Below are positions 1 through 13,244 of a stretch of DNA of 64,000 nucleotides, piece by piece. Origin of the DNA: Geosiphon pyriformis uo1. Taxonomy: Eukaryota > Fungi > Glomeromycota. The position numbers and the translations under genes were made by a program. The first letter of the stretch is position 1, and each line of letters begins with the position of its first letter. The notes beneath the pieces are model-generated. The model made no database searches. It was not told where the DNA came from and saw nothing but the letters and a program-made list of their open reading frames with translations. The stretch covers positions 62,001 through 126,000 of the forward strand of contig JAAOMT010000586.1 in assembly GCA_016748015.1 (NCBI GenBank), read 5' to 3'.

Positions 1-2045
1 GAGCAAACTTTTCTCTTTAGCTTAGTTTTAGTAATAATTGAAATCAAATTGTGCATATCTTTATGTCAATAGATAATATTTTTTTGCTTTGCAAAATTGT
101 TCATACTCTTGACATTGCATGTGGCAATTTTCCAAATCAAATTAATCATTAATGAGAAAAAGTATCTAAATCCAAACTTTTATTGTCTAACTTGGCTAAC
201 AAGTCTATGACCATATCAAATAAATTGTTTAACTTTTTCTCAAATCTCTTGACAGTTGCTTGATCCAAAACACTACTCTTATTACAGTCTTATTATTAAT
301 AACTGCATCTAAATTCTTATTTATCATTATATTTATCTCTTAATTCTGTGATAAAAAAGTTACCAATGACTAATGTCCAGAGCTAAACTGGAAAACTATT
401 GGCCTAAATATGTCTAATCTCTTAACCAGCTTGTTTACTTGCTCTGCAAGACTGTATTTAAGAGTAGCAAACCTATCATTTATATTCACAAAAACCAGCA
501 GGAAAAACTTTATCTTTGAAGAGAAGCCAAGATTCAATGAATTATTATGCACAGAAAGAAAAAAGAAAAACCTATCAGCAATTATAGTTTAAGAAACACT
601 ACCAAAAACTACCAAATAAGCAACAGATGTTGAGTGTTTGACATAAATAGCAGTCAATCTGTTTTTATTGGTGTTTAACAATGTTTTATAAAAAGAATAA
701 CCAAAGAAAAAATTCTTATTTACAAAACAGTTCAATAATATATAATTCAGATTCTTATACTTTATATATTTGACAGATTCCAGATAAAACTAGCATAGAT
801 TGGTGCCTTTTAGTACTGATGTAATTATTATGGTAGTATTAAATAATTCAGCAAAGTCAAAGTAAACAATTACATATCTGGCCCAAGCAGATGTAATTAG
901 ATAATAGTTAATAATACATGTTTTTTTACCTACTAAAATAATATAATCTCAAATATTATGTGCATCAGTTTTTACTGACAAAGTATACAACAGTGCTTTA
1001 TTATAATTGCATCTTATAATTTCTTGTTTTTATCAGCTTTAGCAATATGCATGATATTTTTTTTAATTAAAACAAATCATTTAACTATAACTAAATTAGC
1101 ATAATCTGATTGCTTAAATTCTACCACAGCTTTTTGTTACAGCCCTACCAATTATATGTTAATCAACTTAATAACTCTAAACTTAGATAATACAGTATAC
1201 ACAGTCTTAACTAACATCTCAATTGGAATTTTTTTCACAACCACAGTCTAATTTGAATCTCTAACAGACTTTTTGAGATCAATATTTACCAAAATTATTA
1301 TTTTTTTTATGATATCAGAAGTCTGAACCAAACTTGATTCAAAAATAAATATTGCTTTGATAATTCCAGCAAATTTTGAAAGAGTAAAAGCCTTCCAAAA
1401 CCATTGATTTTTGAAAACAATTTTCTAACTGCCATTAGTTTTTTTTAAAAAAATTTATTAGCAACTTTATTCAGTTCAATATTCATAGCAAAAAATTTTC
1501 TAACAAAAACATTGACCAAGTTCTTTAAAAAAGAAAAAAGCATTAAAAAAATATTCAACAGAATGTCATTATTATTATTATTTAAGAAATTAATTTTTTT
1601 TAATGACTTCTCCAATGTCTTTTTGGTTTATACTCATGAACTTTTAAGTATTTGATTAGAATCTCTCTTAGCAAAAGCATTATTTTTACTATAGTCAAAG
1701 CTGATTTTTTCAACCAAATATTCTTTTTCTATGTTTACATTATTAGACTTAGTGGTATTACCAGCCTCAGAATTTTATAAATAACTGTTTAATTCTTTAA
1801 CAAAAGCCTTTCTGCCATTAATACCATCTTTCAAAGCACATTTTCTTCTTTTCTTCCTAAATAAAACAGATTTAATACTAACACCAGAGCCAAAATTTTT
1901 AAGAGTTTTTTTCATGATAGTGATATTAAGATCAACAATAGTTTCATAATTAAGCAAAAATGGTTTAGATTTATTATATTAAATAGTAAAAAACTTTTTG
2001 ACTCTTTTTTGGAAATTTGGAACAAAGAAGAAAAAAAAGTTTTTT
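1..2045 (-). mobile_element. Degenerate LINE, 5' part (5'UTR, ORF1 relic, start of ORF2 endonuclease); continues off the left edge
   Basis: The reverse complement of 1950-2045 matches the 5' end of the LINE at 45134 (ctttgttccaaattt...aaatctaaacc). The reverse complement of 1-149 reads MINLIWKIATCNVKSMNNFAKQ..ISIITKTKL, the APE N-terminus shared with the other LINEs. Many stop codons. Confidence 0.85.
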
Positions 2046-2069
2046 TTATTTTTTTTTGTAATAAAATAT

Positions 2070-2700
2070 TAACATAATTATTAGATAATTATTATAATTA
2101 ATAGAAAATTTAAATCATTAATTAACATATAATTGTTTTTATAATTTCAATTATTAATTAACATATATTATTATTTTTATTAAATTATTAAATATTACTA
2201 TTTAATTAATAATCTAATTTATATAATATATAAGTATAACTTATTATAATAATTAGATTATGTAATATTTTAAACTATATAATATTAAAAAAAAAGTGTT
2301 AAATTATAAAATAGTATTGTATAAAAAAAAAGTTTTTTTTTTAAAAAAAAATGTTTTTACTAAAATTTAATTTAAAACCCAAACTTTTTTTATAATTTTT
2401 ATTGTTTAAAATTCACAAATTTTAACTAAAATTCTAAAATTAATTAATTACCAATTTTAATAATTACTTAGTCAATTTTAATATTATTAGCAAAAATTTG
2501 AGTTATTAATTAACATAAAATTATTTTTATAATTTTTATTATTAATTTATATATATTATTATTTCAATTTATTATTTATTATTTTATCAAATTATCCGAA
2601 TTATTATTTAATTAATAACCTAATTTGTATAGAATACAAATATAATTAAATTATAATAATTAAATTAAATAATACATTAAACTATATAATATTTAAAATT
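2070..2700. repeat. AT-rich degenerate direct repeat, period ~390-410 bp
   Basis: 2116-2290 (ttaattaacatataattg...aaactatataatattaaaa) recurs at 2503-2700 (ttaattaacataaaatt...aaactatataatatttaaaa). Confidence 0.6.
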
Positions 2701-2751
2701 CATTGAAATTTAATGAAATACTTAATAATTTACCAAAATAACTCATAATTT

Positions 2752-2932
2752 ATTTATTTTTATTTTTACATATTTAATAAGTAAAGCCTAACTACTATCT
2801 AGTATATAAAGCCAAACTAAGTAACTCAAATTAAATATAACTTATGTACTTACTATATATGACTAGCCATTCAGGCCAAATAAGACAATATTACACACTT
2901 ATACTAATATGTACAGTACTACTCAAACCAAA
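2752..2932 (-). mobile_element. 5'-truncated LINE 3' end (~180 bp) with A-rich tail and 12-bp TSD
   Basis: The reverse complement (ggcctgaatggctagtcatatatagtaagtacataag...) resembles the 3'UTR of the LINE at 10250-10370. It is flanked by aactcataattt at 2740-2751 and 2933-2944. Confidence 0.7.
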
Positions 2933-3580
2933 AACTCATAATTTGCAGAAATAATTTGTAATTTACTAAAATATTAGAAAAAAAAAGTATAAAATTATAG
3001 AATAATATTAAAACAAATTATATAAAAAAAACTTCTCTTTTTAAAAAAATATATTTTAGATAGAATATTTAATCTTAGTATTAATAATTAATTTAATAAT
3101 TTAATTTAATAAAATTATCTTAAAAACTCAAAATCTTTAATTATTACTGCTTCAAAATTATCTATTCTAAATTAACAAATTAAAATTAACTAGCTACCAA
3201 TTTTAGTAATTGTTAATAACTTTCAGATTTGAATTTAAAACAATTTTTTAAAAAATATTTCTTATTTTTTTTATATTATTAAGTAGTTTACAATTAAGAT
3301 TTTTTGTAGAAGAGTTAATTTTTAAAACAAAATAATTATATATTATTTAAAAAAACTTACAAACAAAATTTTTTTGCAAAAAATTAATTTTTATTGCAAA
3401 GTAACTAAACAAAATAGTTGACATAAAATTAGCTATTTTATTATAAATTAAGCTTAAGATCTCCTGACCACAACAAGAGCTATAGTTATTTGTTTGAAGA
3501 AATTGCTTTTCTCTTCCTTTTTTTTTCCCTCTTTCTTTTAGTTTATTTAAGTTATTTCTTCTAATACACCTCTTTTTGTC

Positions 3581-5554
3581 ATGATAAAACCAGTGGGCAC
3601 ACTTGCTGGTGGTTCTGGTTTATTGTCAGCTGAGTTGAGGTCCTGGTTTAGTAATAAGGATAACAAAAAAAAGGCACAAATTGATAGTATGTACTCTCAC
3701 AGTCCTTCTTTTAAGAAACCAAAAAAACCTAAGGTCTTTGGTACTGTTGTGGATTTGTCAGCTGGGCCTTTGTCTACTGAGATGTTATAAGCTATCAATA
3801 TTGGGCATGACAGATCTTGGGGCAGTGAAATAGAAAGTGAGGAAAGCAATGTGAATGGGTTGTTGAATGTAAAAAACTTGAAGAACACAATTGCTGAAGA
3901 AACGAGCTATATTGACTCCAATGCTTCTGAAACAGACAACATGATGAATAACACAACTCTTAAAAAAACAAAAACGAGGTCTTATGTCTTGGAGCAACTG
4001 CTGAAAGTTTCTTCTTTTGTAAATGCAAGCGATGATAATAATAAGTTGGTGTTCCTGGTGCCTAAATTTGTTGGATCCAATTGGCTGCTATCTACCAAGT
4101 CATATGTGTCAGAAAAACGGAATTTCAAGCCAGTAAAATTGTTCACATTGGATGTTGAGTTGTTTGCTGTTTTTGGAAAGACTAATAGTAATAGGTTATT
4201 GGCAATAAAAAAAATTTTTTATCAAATTGATGGTTTTAGGAGGGCATCAATTCCCTTAAAATTCTCAGGGATCATCAAATCCTCATTTACTTTTGAATCT
4301 AGCATGAATAAGGTGAAAGAATTGGCTATCCGTGAGAATATTGTGGTAAATAATGATTTTAAAAGGGTTAGCAACCATTCAAATAAGAAAATTGTTGTCA
4401 AAGAAATTCTGGTTGATCTTCCTAAATTGGCTGTAGAATCTGTTTTTTCTAAGTTTGATAAAATTGTATCAATCAAAATACAATTAATTGGTTTGTGGCA
4501 GAAAGCTTTAGTAGAATTTGATTCATTTAAAATAGTCGATTTGGTTACAGCTAGATAGTCAGTCTTCATGGGAAAAGATTCTGTTCATATGGTGAAAGCT
4601 GTTGATGATAAACAATCATGGATTTCTAGAGATCTGTATTGGACATTGCTTTATACTTTTCCAATTAGTACTATGACTTATGATCTTTTTGGTTTGTTGG
4701 AATCATATGGTAGAAAGACTTGTTTCATTGGCCATAATTCCAATTCATATGTGTGTGATAGATGTGTGATTGTGTGTTTTGTTGATAAGGCATCCAAATT
4801 GGCTGCTATTGGTTCTACTCTGGTGTTTAAGAGTGTAAATTTGCATTGGGCTAGTCTTTTTTTGGCCTGTTGTGCTAATTGTAAACAGTTTGGTCATATT
4901 TTTACAGAGTGTTTTTTGGGTGAGAATTCTGGCATTCATGGTAAGCAGGTGATAACTTCTCAGGATCGGGTCTGTTTGGCCAACATATATAAAAGGAAGC
5001 AGGTGCCAATTGTTTGCCCAGTTTTTTTTGGTGGGAAAACTTGGGTTCAGGTTGCTGGTGGTTCTTTTTATTGTGTGGGTTTGTCGGATCTTTTTGGTAC
5101 TGATTTATCTTCAGGTGCAAAACCTGTCTCATTGGTTTCTAATTCTTTTGGTAATTTTTGTTTGGTTGATTAATTGGCCTCTCTGAAACGCTTTTTAGGG
5201 CTCTTGACAGATCAGGTTTTGATTATTATGAAAAAATTGAGCTTTGTGGAATTGGTGCCTCTAGCATCCAAATTTCATGTCTCTCCTTTGGTTGTCCTTG
5301 CATCTGTTACATTTAATTCAGATTCGGAAATGGCCATGAATGATACTCTGTTATCTTCTCCTCCCTCTCTTCTAGTTGTTGTTGTAGACTCAGTTACTGA
5401 CCTTAGTTCAAGTAGTTTTAAAGTTCTGACCACCAAGATGAATGGTTTAGAATCTAAGATGGTGGCTTTAGAGGTGTTAGTTGGTTCTGTTTTGGAAAGA
5501 TTGGATTGTTTATGTTTTGGTTTGGGTTTATCAACTTCTCTTACTTCCCAATAA
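3581..5554 (+). pseudogene. LINE ORF1 (gag-like nucleic-acid-binding protein), interrupted by in-frame stops
   Basis: Same-frame ORF segments 3581-3790, 3851-4558, 4568-5173 and 5174-5554. RRM-like stretch (VESVFSKFDKIVSIKIQLIGLWQKALVEF), zinc knuckle CANCKQFGHIFTEC, C-terminal coiled-coil-like segment. Confidence 0.85.
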
Positions 5555-8500
5555 GTGATTTTGTGTGGAAATTTGCAACATGTAATGTTCAAGGTATTAA
5601 TGTTCTTGCCAAGCAAGAGGACATTATCCATTGGCATAGAGATTCTGGGAATTTGGTTTCAATAATTACTAAGACAAAGCTAAGATCTAACAACAGGTCT
5701 TAGATTAGAGATAAGTTTAATAGAGTCAAAGTCTTTTCATCTGAGTTGGACAAGAGTTTTTTTGGTGCTGGGATCACAATCATTATGAACATTTCTCTAG
5801 CTTGTCATGTTTGTAAGGTTTCTGAAGTGCCTGGTTGGCTCTTTTTAATCAGACTATTATTCAAAAATAAGCTTTCTGTGTCGATTTTGGGGCTTTATGC
5901 TGGGGCATCCCTGGCTATTTGTTTCTCTCAGGCTAATGATATCAATTCTGTGATTGCAAGGGTAGTTAATGAATCTTTATTTGTGGTTTTGGGTAGTAAC
6001 TTCAATAATGATGGCTCCCGAAGGTGTGCTAGCTTTAAAAGATGTCTGGATCTTGGTTTGGTCAATTCTTTAGATGGAAGTCTCTATGTCAAAATGTCCA
6101 CATGGGCTAATTCTCAGGGCATGGCTAAGACTATTGATTTCTTATTCATTTTTTCAAACTTGGTGAATGCTGTGATAAATTGCAAGATGTCTGATGTTGG
6201 TGAATTTTTTGATACTAATTATCATGCTGTTTTTGTGTCTGTGGATTTGGGTGGACTTCTGGATAAGTGGTTGAATTCTTTTTGTAAGCAAGCAAATAGA
6301 AATCAGTGGAAGTTTGATTTCAAAGGTGCTGATAAAAATAAATGAGACAATTTCAAAGATACTATATCAGTTAATGCTACAATGTTTTCAAATGAGTTTG
6401 CTACCTCTGCAAAGTTTTCGGATTTGGATGCAATATGGGATATCATTCACAAAATATTGGTCTTTTCAGCTAATGAGGTGTTTAAGAAGAAATGGTTTAA
6501 GGGCTTTGATAATGTATTTACCAAGGAATCTTCAAGATTTTATAAATTGGAGCTTTTGGTCTCTAGGATTGTCAGGGCTTTACATAAGAAGAGTATTGTA
6601 AATTTTGATTCTCTTATGAGATGCTAGATTTCTTTGGACAATGTTAAGACTTCAGTTATTCAGAAAGTTGTGGACTCTGGTGCTGGCTCTGGTCATGTCT
6701 ATTTTGTTCTCTTTGGTACTAAAAAGTATTATCATGTTGTCAAGCTTACTGAATCTCTAAGGGCTAAGAAGGCAAATGTCAGATCTGCTATAGATAGATG
6801 GATGGAAAGCTTCAAGACGAATAAGAGTCATACTATCAAGAGTGTTCTAGAGTGTCCTTTCTGCAAAGTGGTTCTGAACCACCTGGTTGTTGATGATGAA
6901 CTTATTTTGGAGCCTGATTCAGTCAAGTCTAAGGTAGACATTATTATAGAAGGATGAACCAGGAAGCATGGTGTAGTGGCTGATGTTTTTGATGTTTGGT
7001 CTTGTTAATATCAGCCATTGGATTATGTTTTTGATAAGGCCTTCTCTGGTGTAATGCATTCAATTGAGTTTAATGAGCTGTTTGATGTGATTTCCAATCT
7101 GCCTAATGGCAAAGCTATTGGTCTCTTGGGTATTATGAATAAGCTTTGGAAACATTGTGGTAAGTCAATTCTGGATATGCTTTTGGTACTTTTGAACTTT
7201 TGTCTCTCTTGCGAATCTGTGCTTGGATCTTGGAAGGAGGCTTGGCTCTCAATGATTTCTAAACCATATGAGTGGGAAGGTGTTCTCACAAATACCTGCC
7301 CTATTGCTTTGATCAAAACAGCTTGTAAGATCTTTTCCAAAATACTTTCTGATAGAATTTCTTTGGCATGCAGCACTTTTGACATTCTTTATGGGGATAA
7401 TTTTTCAGTTTTAAAGGGTATGACAACTCAGTCTTCTATTTTTGCAATTGGATCAGTGGTTGAGGATGCATTGGAAAAGAATTGGAAGCTTTGGCTGGTT
7501 TTGCAGGATATGCGGAAAGCATACAATTCAGTCAACTGAGAACATCTCGAAAAAAGTTTGATCAGGATTAAGATGTGCAGCAAGTTTATTCAGTTTTTTG
7601 GTGGTATTCATAGAGATTGTACTAACAGGGTGATAACAAATTTTGGGTTGATGGATGATTATTGTGTACATAATGGTTTGGACCAAAGAGAAGTCTTTTT
7701 TTCCCTTCTGTGGCGCATATTTTATAATCTTCTGCTATGCAAAGTTAAAAAACAGGAAAGTGTGTATGGTTATAGGTTAAGTTCTCATTTCATTTCAAGA
7801 AATGGTCGTGCTAAGTCCCAGGCTGGGCTTTCTTCCTTTTTTGCTGCTGGTGCTTTCGTCGATGATACAATTTGGGTTGGTAGTAGTTAGGCAGTTACTC
7901 AACATATTTTCAACATTGTAAGTGAATTTTTTCAGATGAATAATATTTCTATTAATAACAACAAAACAGTGGTCATTCCTATCAATAGTAAAGTCAGCAC
8001 TCCTTTTTTTTCTATCAGTGGCTTGCCAATCTCTATTGCTAAAAAGGGTAAATTTTATCGATATCTGGGTATTTTTCTCTCAACTGAAGGTCTCTCAAAG
8101 CTTAGTTTGGTGAAGGTAAATTCGGATGTTTGTTTTTTTACCAATTTGGTCCTAAGAAAAGCTGTCTCAGATAAGCAGTTCTTATATTTGGTTTCAACAG
8201 TTTTTTATCCTATAATTAATTACAGAACACAGTTCAGCTTCATTCCTGTTGGTATGTGCAACAAATGGGATGCTTTGATTTGTAAGGACTTGAAGTTTAA
8301 ATCCAGCCTACCTTTTGATTTTCCTAGTAATACAATTCACCACCCTTCTTTTTATGGTTTGAAATCTTTTTTTCAAGTTTAGTCTGAGAGCAAGGTGGCC
8401 TCTCTTGTTAGTTTTGCAAACTTGAATGGTGTCCTGGGTCGTTTGTTCTCTTACAGATCTCATGATTTGCAGGTTTTGTGCTGGCACTCTGTTTATCTAT

Positions 8501-10239
8501 TGAGTTTTCCTGTGTGTATTTGTGTCAGTGCTTCTAATAACTTTCTTGTAAACATGGTTCACATTCTTCTTGATTGCAATTTATCTCTGGATGGCTCTTT
8601 GGCCAATCTCTTTCAGTTTTGTGGTGGAATCTCTATGTCTGCTGTTCTGAATGAGTTACAGTTTCTCAAGTTTTTACTTTCTTTCCAATGATATGGTATT
8701 GTCTTTGTGAACCAACTTCATAATCATTGTGGTTTTGTTTTTAATTGGCACACCTTCAAATGTTGAAAGAAATTAGACTCTTGTGGCCCTGTTCCTGAGT
8801 GGTTTAAGCTTTTTGTTGCATTTCTCAATAGTAAAGGTTTCTCTCTCACTCATTTCTCAGTTTCAAATGGTGTTGATTCTTTAAACATTCTTGAATCTAG
8901 TGATTTTGCTTCTGTCTGTAATCATTTTTCACAAGTTGGTGCCGACAGTTTGTTGGTATATACAGATAGGTCCCTTAGTAACTTGGGCACAGTTGGTTGT
9001 AAAGCTGGTACTGCCACTTTTTTTGAGGACATTGATTTGGGTTTGGGTATTGGTATGTCAGATTTAATGTCATCTACTTTGGTGGAGTTGTAGGCTATTG
9101 TACTGGCTTTGAAGAGTGTTCCCCCACTGAGCTCTGTTAAATTGTTTTTGGATAGTCAATCTGTACTGGATGTTTATAAGTCTGAATTGGGTCTGATGGT
9201 TCCCAACTTTCATAATCAGTGTTGGGTTGAACATTGTCATATTGTTAATGTTATTTACAGTAAAAATTTGAAGGTCAGCTGGCATAAAGTTAAAGACCAC
9301 TCTGGTGTTTCAGAAAATAAGTGCACTAATGCAATTGCTGATGATGCTTCTCTTTCTAGTTGGTATTTTCTTCCTTGCATAGATAAACATTTCATAATGG
9401 CTGGTGGTAGTGTGATTTCTGGCAATTCCAGACACTTTGTACATGATATTTATTGTTTGGTCTGTTGTATGCACTGAGAGGTTGGTTCTGGTTCCAAGAT
9501 TTTGGCAGATGGTTTGCTTTCTGAGGTTGACTGGCTCTGTTTTTCTTTGGTTTAGCATTTTGACTTGCACATGGCTGCTAGTTTTACCAGTAGACCCTTG
9601 GCTAATGCACATACTTATTTTATGAAAGCTTTGCACCACTGGCTATCAGTTGCTGTTCAGAAGTGCTTGTATAATAGATTTTATCTGAGTGTGTTGTACT
9701 TATATTGTGGTGATGTGGTAATATCAGATCATGTGTTTTCTTATAAGATTGATGATTCTGTTTGACGTCAATTGCTGGAATCCTATATAGACTTCTGAAA
9801 GACAGTTTCTGGTCTCTCTTATTCTTCTTTGTGCATACTTTGACTGTTGTCTTTATGTGTTTCTGACTTCTTTTTGTCTATGGCTCTTTATAAGGATTTC
9901 GTTTTTAATGACTGGTTTTGCAAGGTGATCACTATCTTTCAAGATTCCAAGATTGCTGGTTTGGAGATTGTCAAATTTGTGCACTTTATTAGTCTTGATT
10001 TTAGGAGTAATATCTGGTCTGTTCATGCTAAACATTATGCTTTTATGGAGAAGAATAGGTTGATTCCTCTTGACAGTTTAGTTCCTGTCTCAGTTTCTAG
10101 TTTGGTCTTAGAGTTGTTGGCTAGGGTAGTCAAATTGCTTGGCATTACCAATGCTTTTGGTGTTCATTTTGGTTTTTGTAAATCTTGTTTGTTTTTTTCA
10201 GGTGTAAGTGACTTAGTTTTAGTTCACATAGCTGCATAG
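5551..10239 (+). pseudogene. LINE ORF2: AP-endonuclease, reverse transcriptase, RNase H, C-terminal Cys/His motif; many nonsense mutations
   Basis: APE motifs TCNVQGIN, ITKTKL, IDFLF, DTNYHAV. RT motifs CPIALI, QDMRKAYNSV, GLDQREV, FVDDT, YRYLG. RNase H motifs VYTD, STLVEL*AI, FLDSQS, WHKVKDHSGVSEN. C-terminal LYCG...DHVFS. Confidence 0.92.
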
Positions 10240-10370
10240 TGTTGTTTTAATCAGCCTAAGTGGCTGGTCACATGTAGAAAATACGTGATTTATGCCTAGT
10301 TTAGATCATTTTTTTGATATATAATACTAAGTAATATTTGGACCTCACTTGTAAAGCAAATAATAAAAAA

Positions 10371-10890
10371 ATTATAAATTCAATAATATATATAGTTTAA
10401 AGTATAAAAAATACTTTAAAAAATAAATTAGCTTATTAAAAATTTATTAACTCTTATTAATAACAGAATTAATAACAAAATAGTATTAACAACACTAAGT
10501 AAGAAATAGAAAAAAATTTTAATAATATCAGATTTGAACTGAAGACAATTTTTTTATAATTTTATATTTTTATATTTTTTTTATATTTTTATATTTTTTT
10601 ATATTATTAAATAATTTATAGTTAAAATTTTTTGTAAAAAAATTAATTTTTACAACAAAGTAATTATATATTATTAAAAAGCTTATAAATAAGAATTTTT
10701 GTAAAAAATTAACTTTTATTATAAAGTAATTACATAAAATAATTAATATAAAATTAGATATTAGATTAAAAATTCAATAAAAACAATAGTTTAAAGTATA
10801 AAAAACATTTTAAAAATAAATTAACTTATTAAAAATTTATTAATTTTTAGTAACAACAGAATTAACAAAAAAATAACATTAATAATATTT
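10371..10890. repeat. ~394-bp AT-rich tandem repeat; the first unit is split by the LINE (its left part lies at ~3265-3449)
   Basis: 10371-10495 matches 10765-10890, and 3265-3449 matches 10590-10774. Confidence 0.8.
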
Positions 10891-12341
10891 TAAAAAATAA
10901 CTAAAATTTCTAATAATACTATCTAATTATTTTATTTTTTAGTTAAATTAATGTATAAAAACTGGTTATTAAAGCTTAAATACTAATATTCTATAATATT
11001 TTTACATATTACAATAAAATTATGTACTTATTTCTATTTAAAACAGATAACAAATTTAAAAATATATAAATTCAGCCAAATAAAACAATATAAATATGTA
11101 AATAATCTTAATTTATTTAACTAAAAAGTTAAAAAACAAAATAAATATGTATTTATAATAATTTTAATTATTTAACAAATACATATTCTTTATATAACAC
11201 AAAATTTATTAATTTAATATTAAAATAGTAATTATTAATTATATTATTAATTAATAAAAATAAATAAAAATATAATTAAAAAATTTTATTTTATTTTAAA
11301 AAAAAAATTAATTAAAAAAAGTATATAAAATATTAAATTGTTTTAAATATATATATTACAAAAATCTATATATAATTATTTCAAAGTATTTTTAAAAATT
11401 AAGTTTTATTAAATAAACTTAAACTTTAAATGTTTTATAATTATTAAATATATATAGTGTTTTTTATAGATTTAATATGTTTATTTCAATAAATATATAT
11501 ATATAAATCGATTTTTATGTTAAAAATAAAAACAATATGTATATAAAAATTAGTTATTAAACAGAAAATTTTTTATATTAAAACACAATAAAATAAATTA
11601 TTATATTAAATATTTTAATCATTATATATAAAAATTATATATTAAAATATTAAAAATTAATTAATTATCTTATTATTTTTTAAAATAATAAACTTGTAAA
11701 TTTAATTAATTATATTTTAATTTTAATATTTTTTTTATTTGTAAATTACTTAATAAGTTTTACATAGATTATATTTATAATAAAAAAGTATTTATATTAT
11801 TTTAATAAATTTAATAATTATAATTCTTAATATTTTGTTAATATATTTCTAGATTATTAAAATATTAATTAAGTTATTATTTAAATTTTACAAAAAATAA
11901 AGTTCAATATTTATATATTAATTAGACATAATTTTGAAAAAAATAAATTTTATAAAAGTTATTTTATATTATTATAAAATTCTATTATGTATTTATTCTA
12001 ATTTTTCTAAAAATTGTTTTTAGTTTTCTATTTTTTAAGATTATTTAAAATATTTTAAAAATTTATTACTAATATATTTACTTAAATAAATATAAATTAA
12101 ATAAATTTGTAAAGTTGTAAAAATAATTAAGCAGTAAAATAAAAATATATATAATAATTATCTGTTTAATATTGTAAAGTTGATATATATTAAAAAAATC
12201 TTAATGTTAAATATTAATAACATATTATTGGCTAAAATTCATTGCTTTAAACATTTGTAAAATGCCATTAATCTTGTAAAAAATTTGTGTTAATTATTAA
12301 GATTATCATAATAAACACATTATTATTATTTACTTATACAT

Positions 12342-13244
12342 TATTACTTATAGAGTATAAGAATTAAATATTAGTACATAAATTAGCTAATCAGAATAGA
12401 TATAGTAAAGTGGAATTCCAGGATTTCTTTTAGAAGAATTACAGGATTCCAGAATTACAGAATTTCTGTATGAAGAATTACAGAATTCCTAAAATTCCAG
12501 GATTCCTGGCTAGAGAATTGAGGAATTTAAGAAATCTTATACAATAAAATTTATGTATATATAGCAGTAGTATTAGAAGCTAAAAAAGAAGTCAATTAAA
12601 TTCCCAGAGTTAATTGAACTCTCAAAGTCAATTAAATTTACAGGTTATAATTATTAAATACTTTTTTCTTCAAAGATAGTTGCTATCAACCAAAATGGAA
12701 TTATATTAATAAAATATCTTTTCAATTCTTCAAATTTATGTTATTATCTACTACTTAACCTGTTGACACAATAGCTCTTAATCATAGCTATTAACAGAAC
12801 ACTTATTTTTTATTTTTTATTTTATTTTTTTAATTTTTTTAATTTTTTTTTATTTTCTTTTGTTGTTCACTAAATTGATTAAAAGAATTAAGCACTGAGT
12901 TATTGACATCAAGAATAGTGGGTATAAAATTTATAAATTAACAGATAGCTTATTAGAAAAGCACTACTAGAATAAACTGGCCACCACACTGAAGAAAAAA
13001 ATTTAATGGAATAACTATTCTAAGAGGCTATGGACACCAAAGCATATCAACTCAAGAGTTGGAGAAAAAAACTAAAAACATTACACCAAGATATCAACAT
13101 TGAATCTCTGTCTATTATACAAAGAACTCAACCAAAACCTTCAGACACCAAAACCTTCAGATATCACCAAACATAATTCAGCTATTAAGCACCAAGTTAC
13201 GAGTTTGTTATTTGTTTCAACATCCCAAATAATCACCTGTAACA
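12342..13244 (+). mobile_element. Solo LTR of the Ty3/Gypsy family seen at 51-64 kb
   Basis: Starts tattacttatag (decayed TGttactcatag) and ends aatcacctgtaaCA. Has the same GGAATTCC array and TATA region as the LTR at 62819-63711. 4-bp TSD acat at 12338-12341 and 13245-13248. Confidence 0.9.

Larger units (their letters stand above)
3450..10370 (+). mobile_element. Full-length, inactivated non-LTR retrotransposon (LINE; ORF1 plus APE-RT-RNase H-CCHC ORF2)
   Basis: Pyrimidine-rich 5'UTR, two ORF relics, 3' aaataataaaaaa tail, and TSD attataaatt at 3440-3449 and 10371-10380. Confidence 0.93.

Noticed and set aside
4222-7385. Minus-strand ORFs over the LINE (4222-4569, 5275-5637, 7023-7385) and similar antisense ORFs over genes and Gypsy pol
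   Set aside because: They are shadow frames of recognisable coding sequence on the opposite strand, with no independent motifs.
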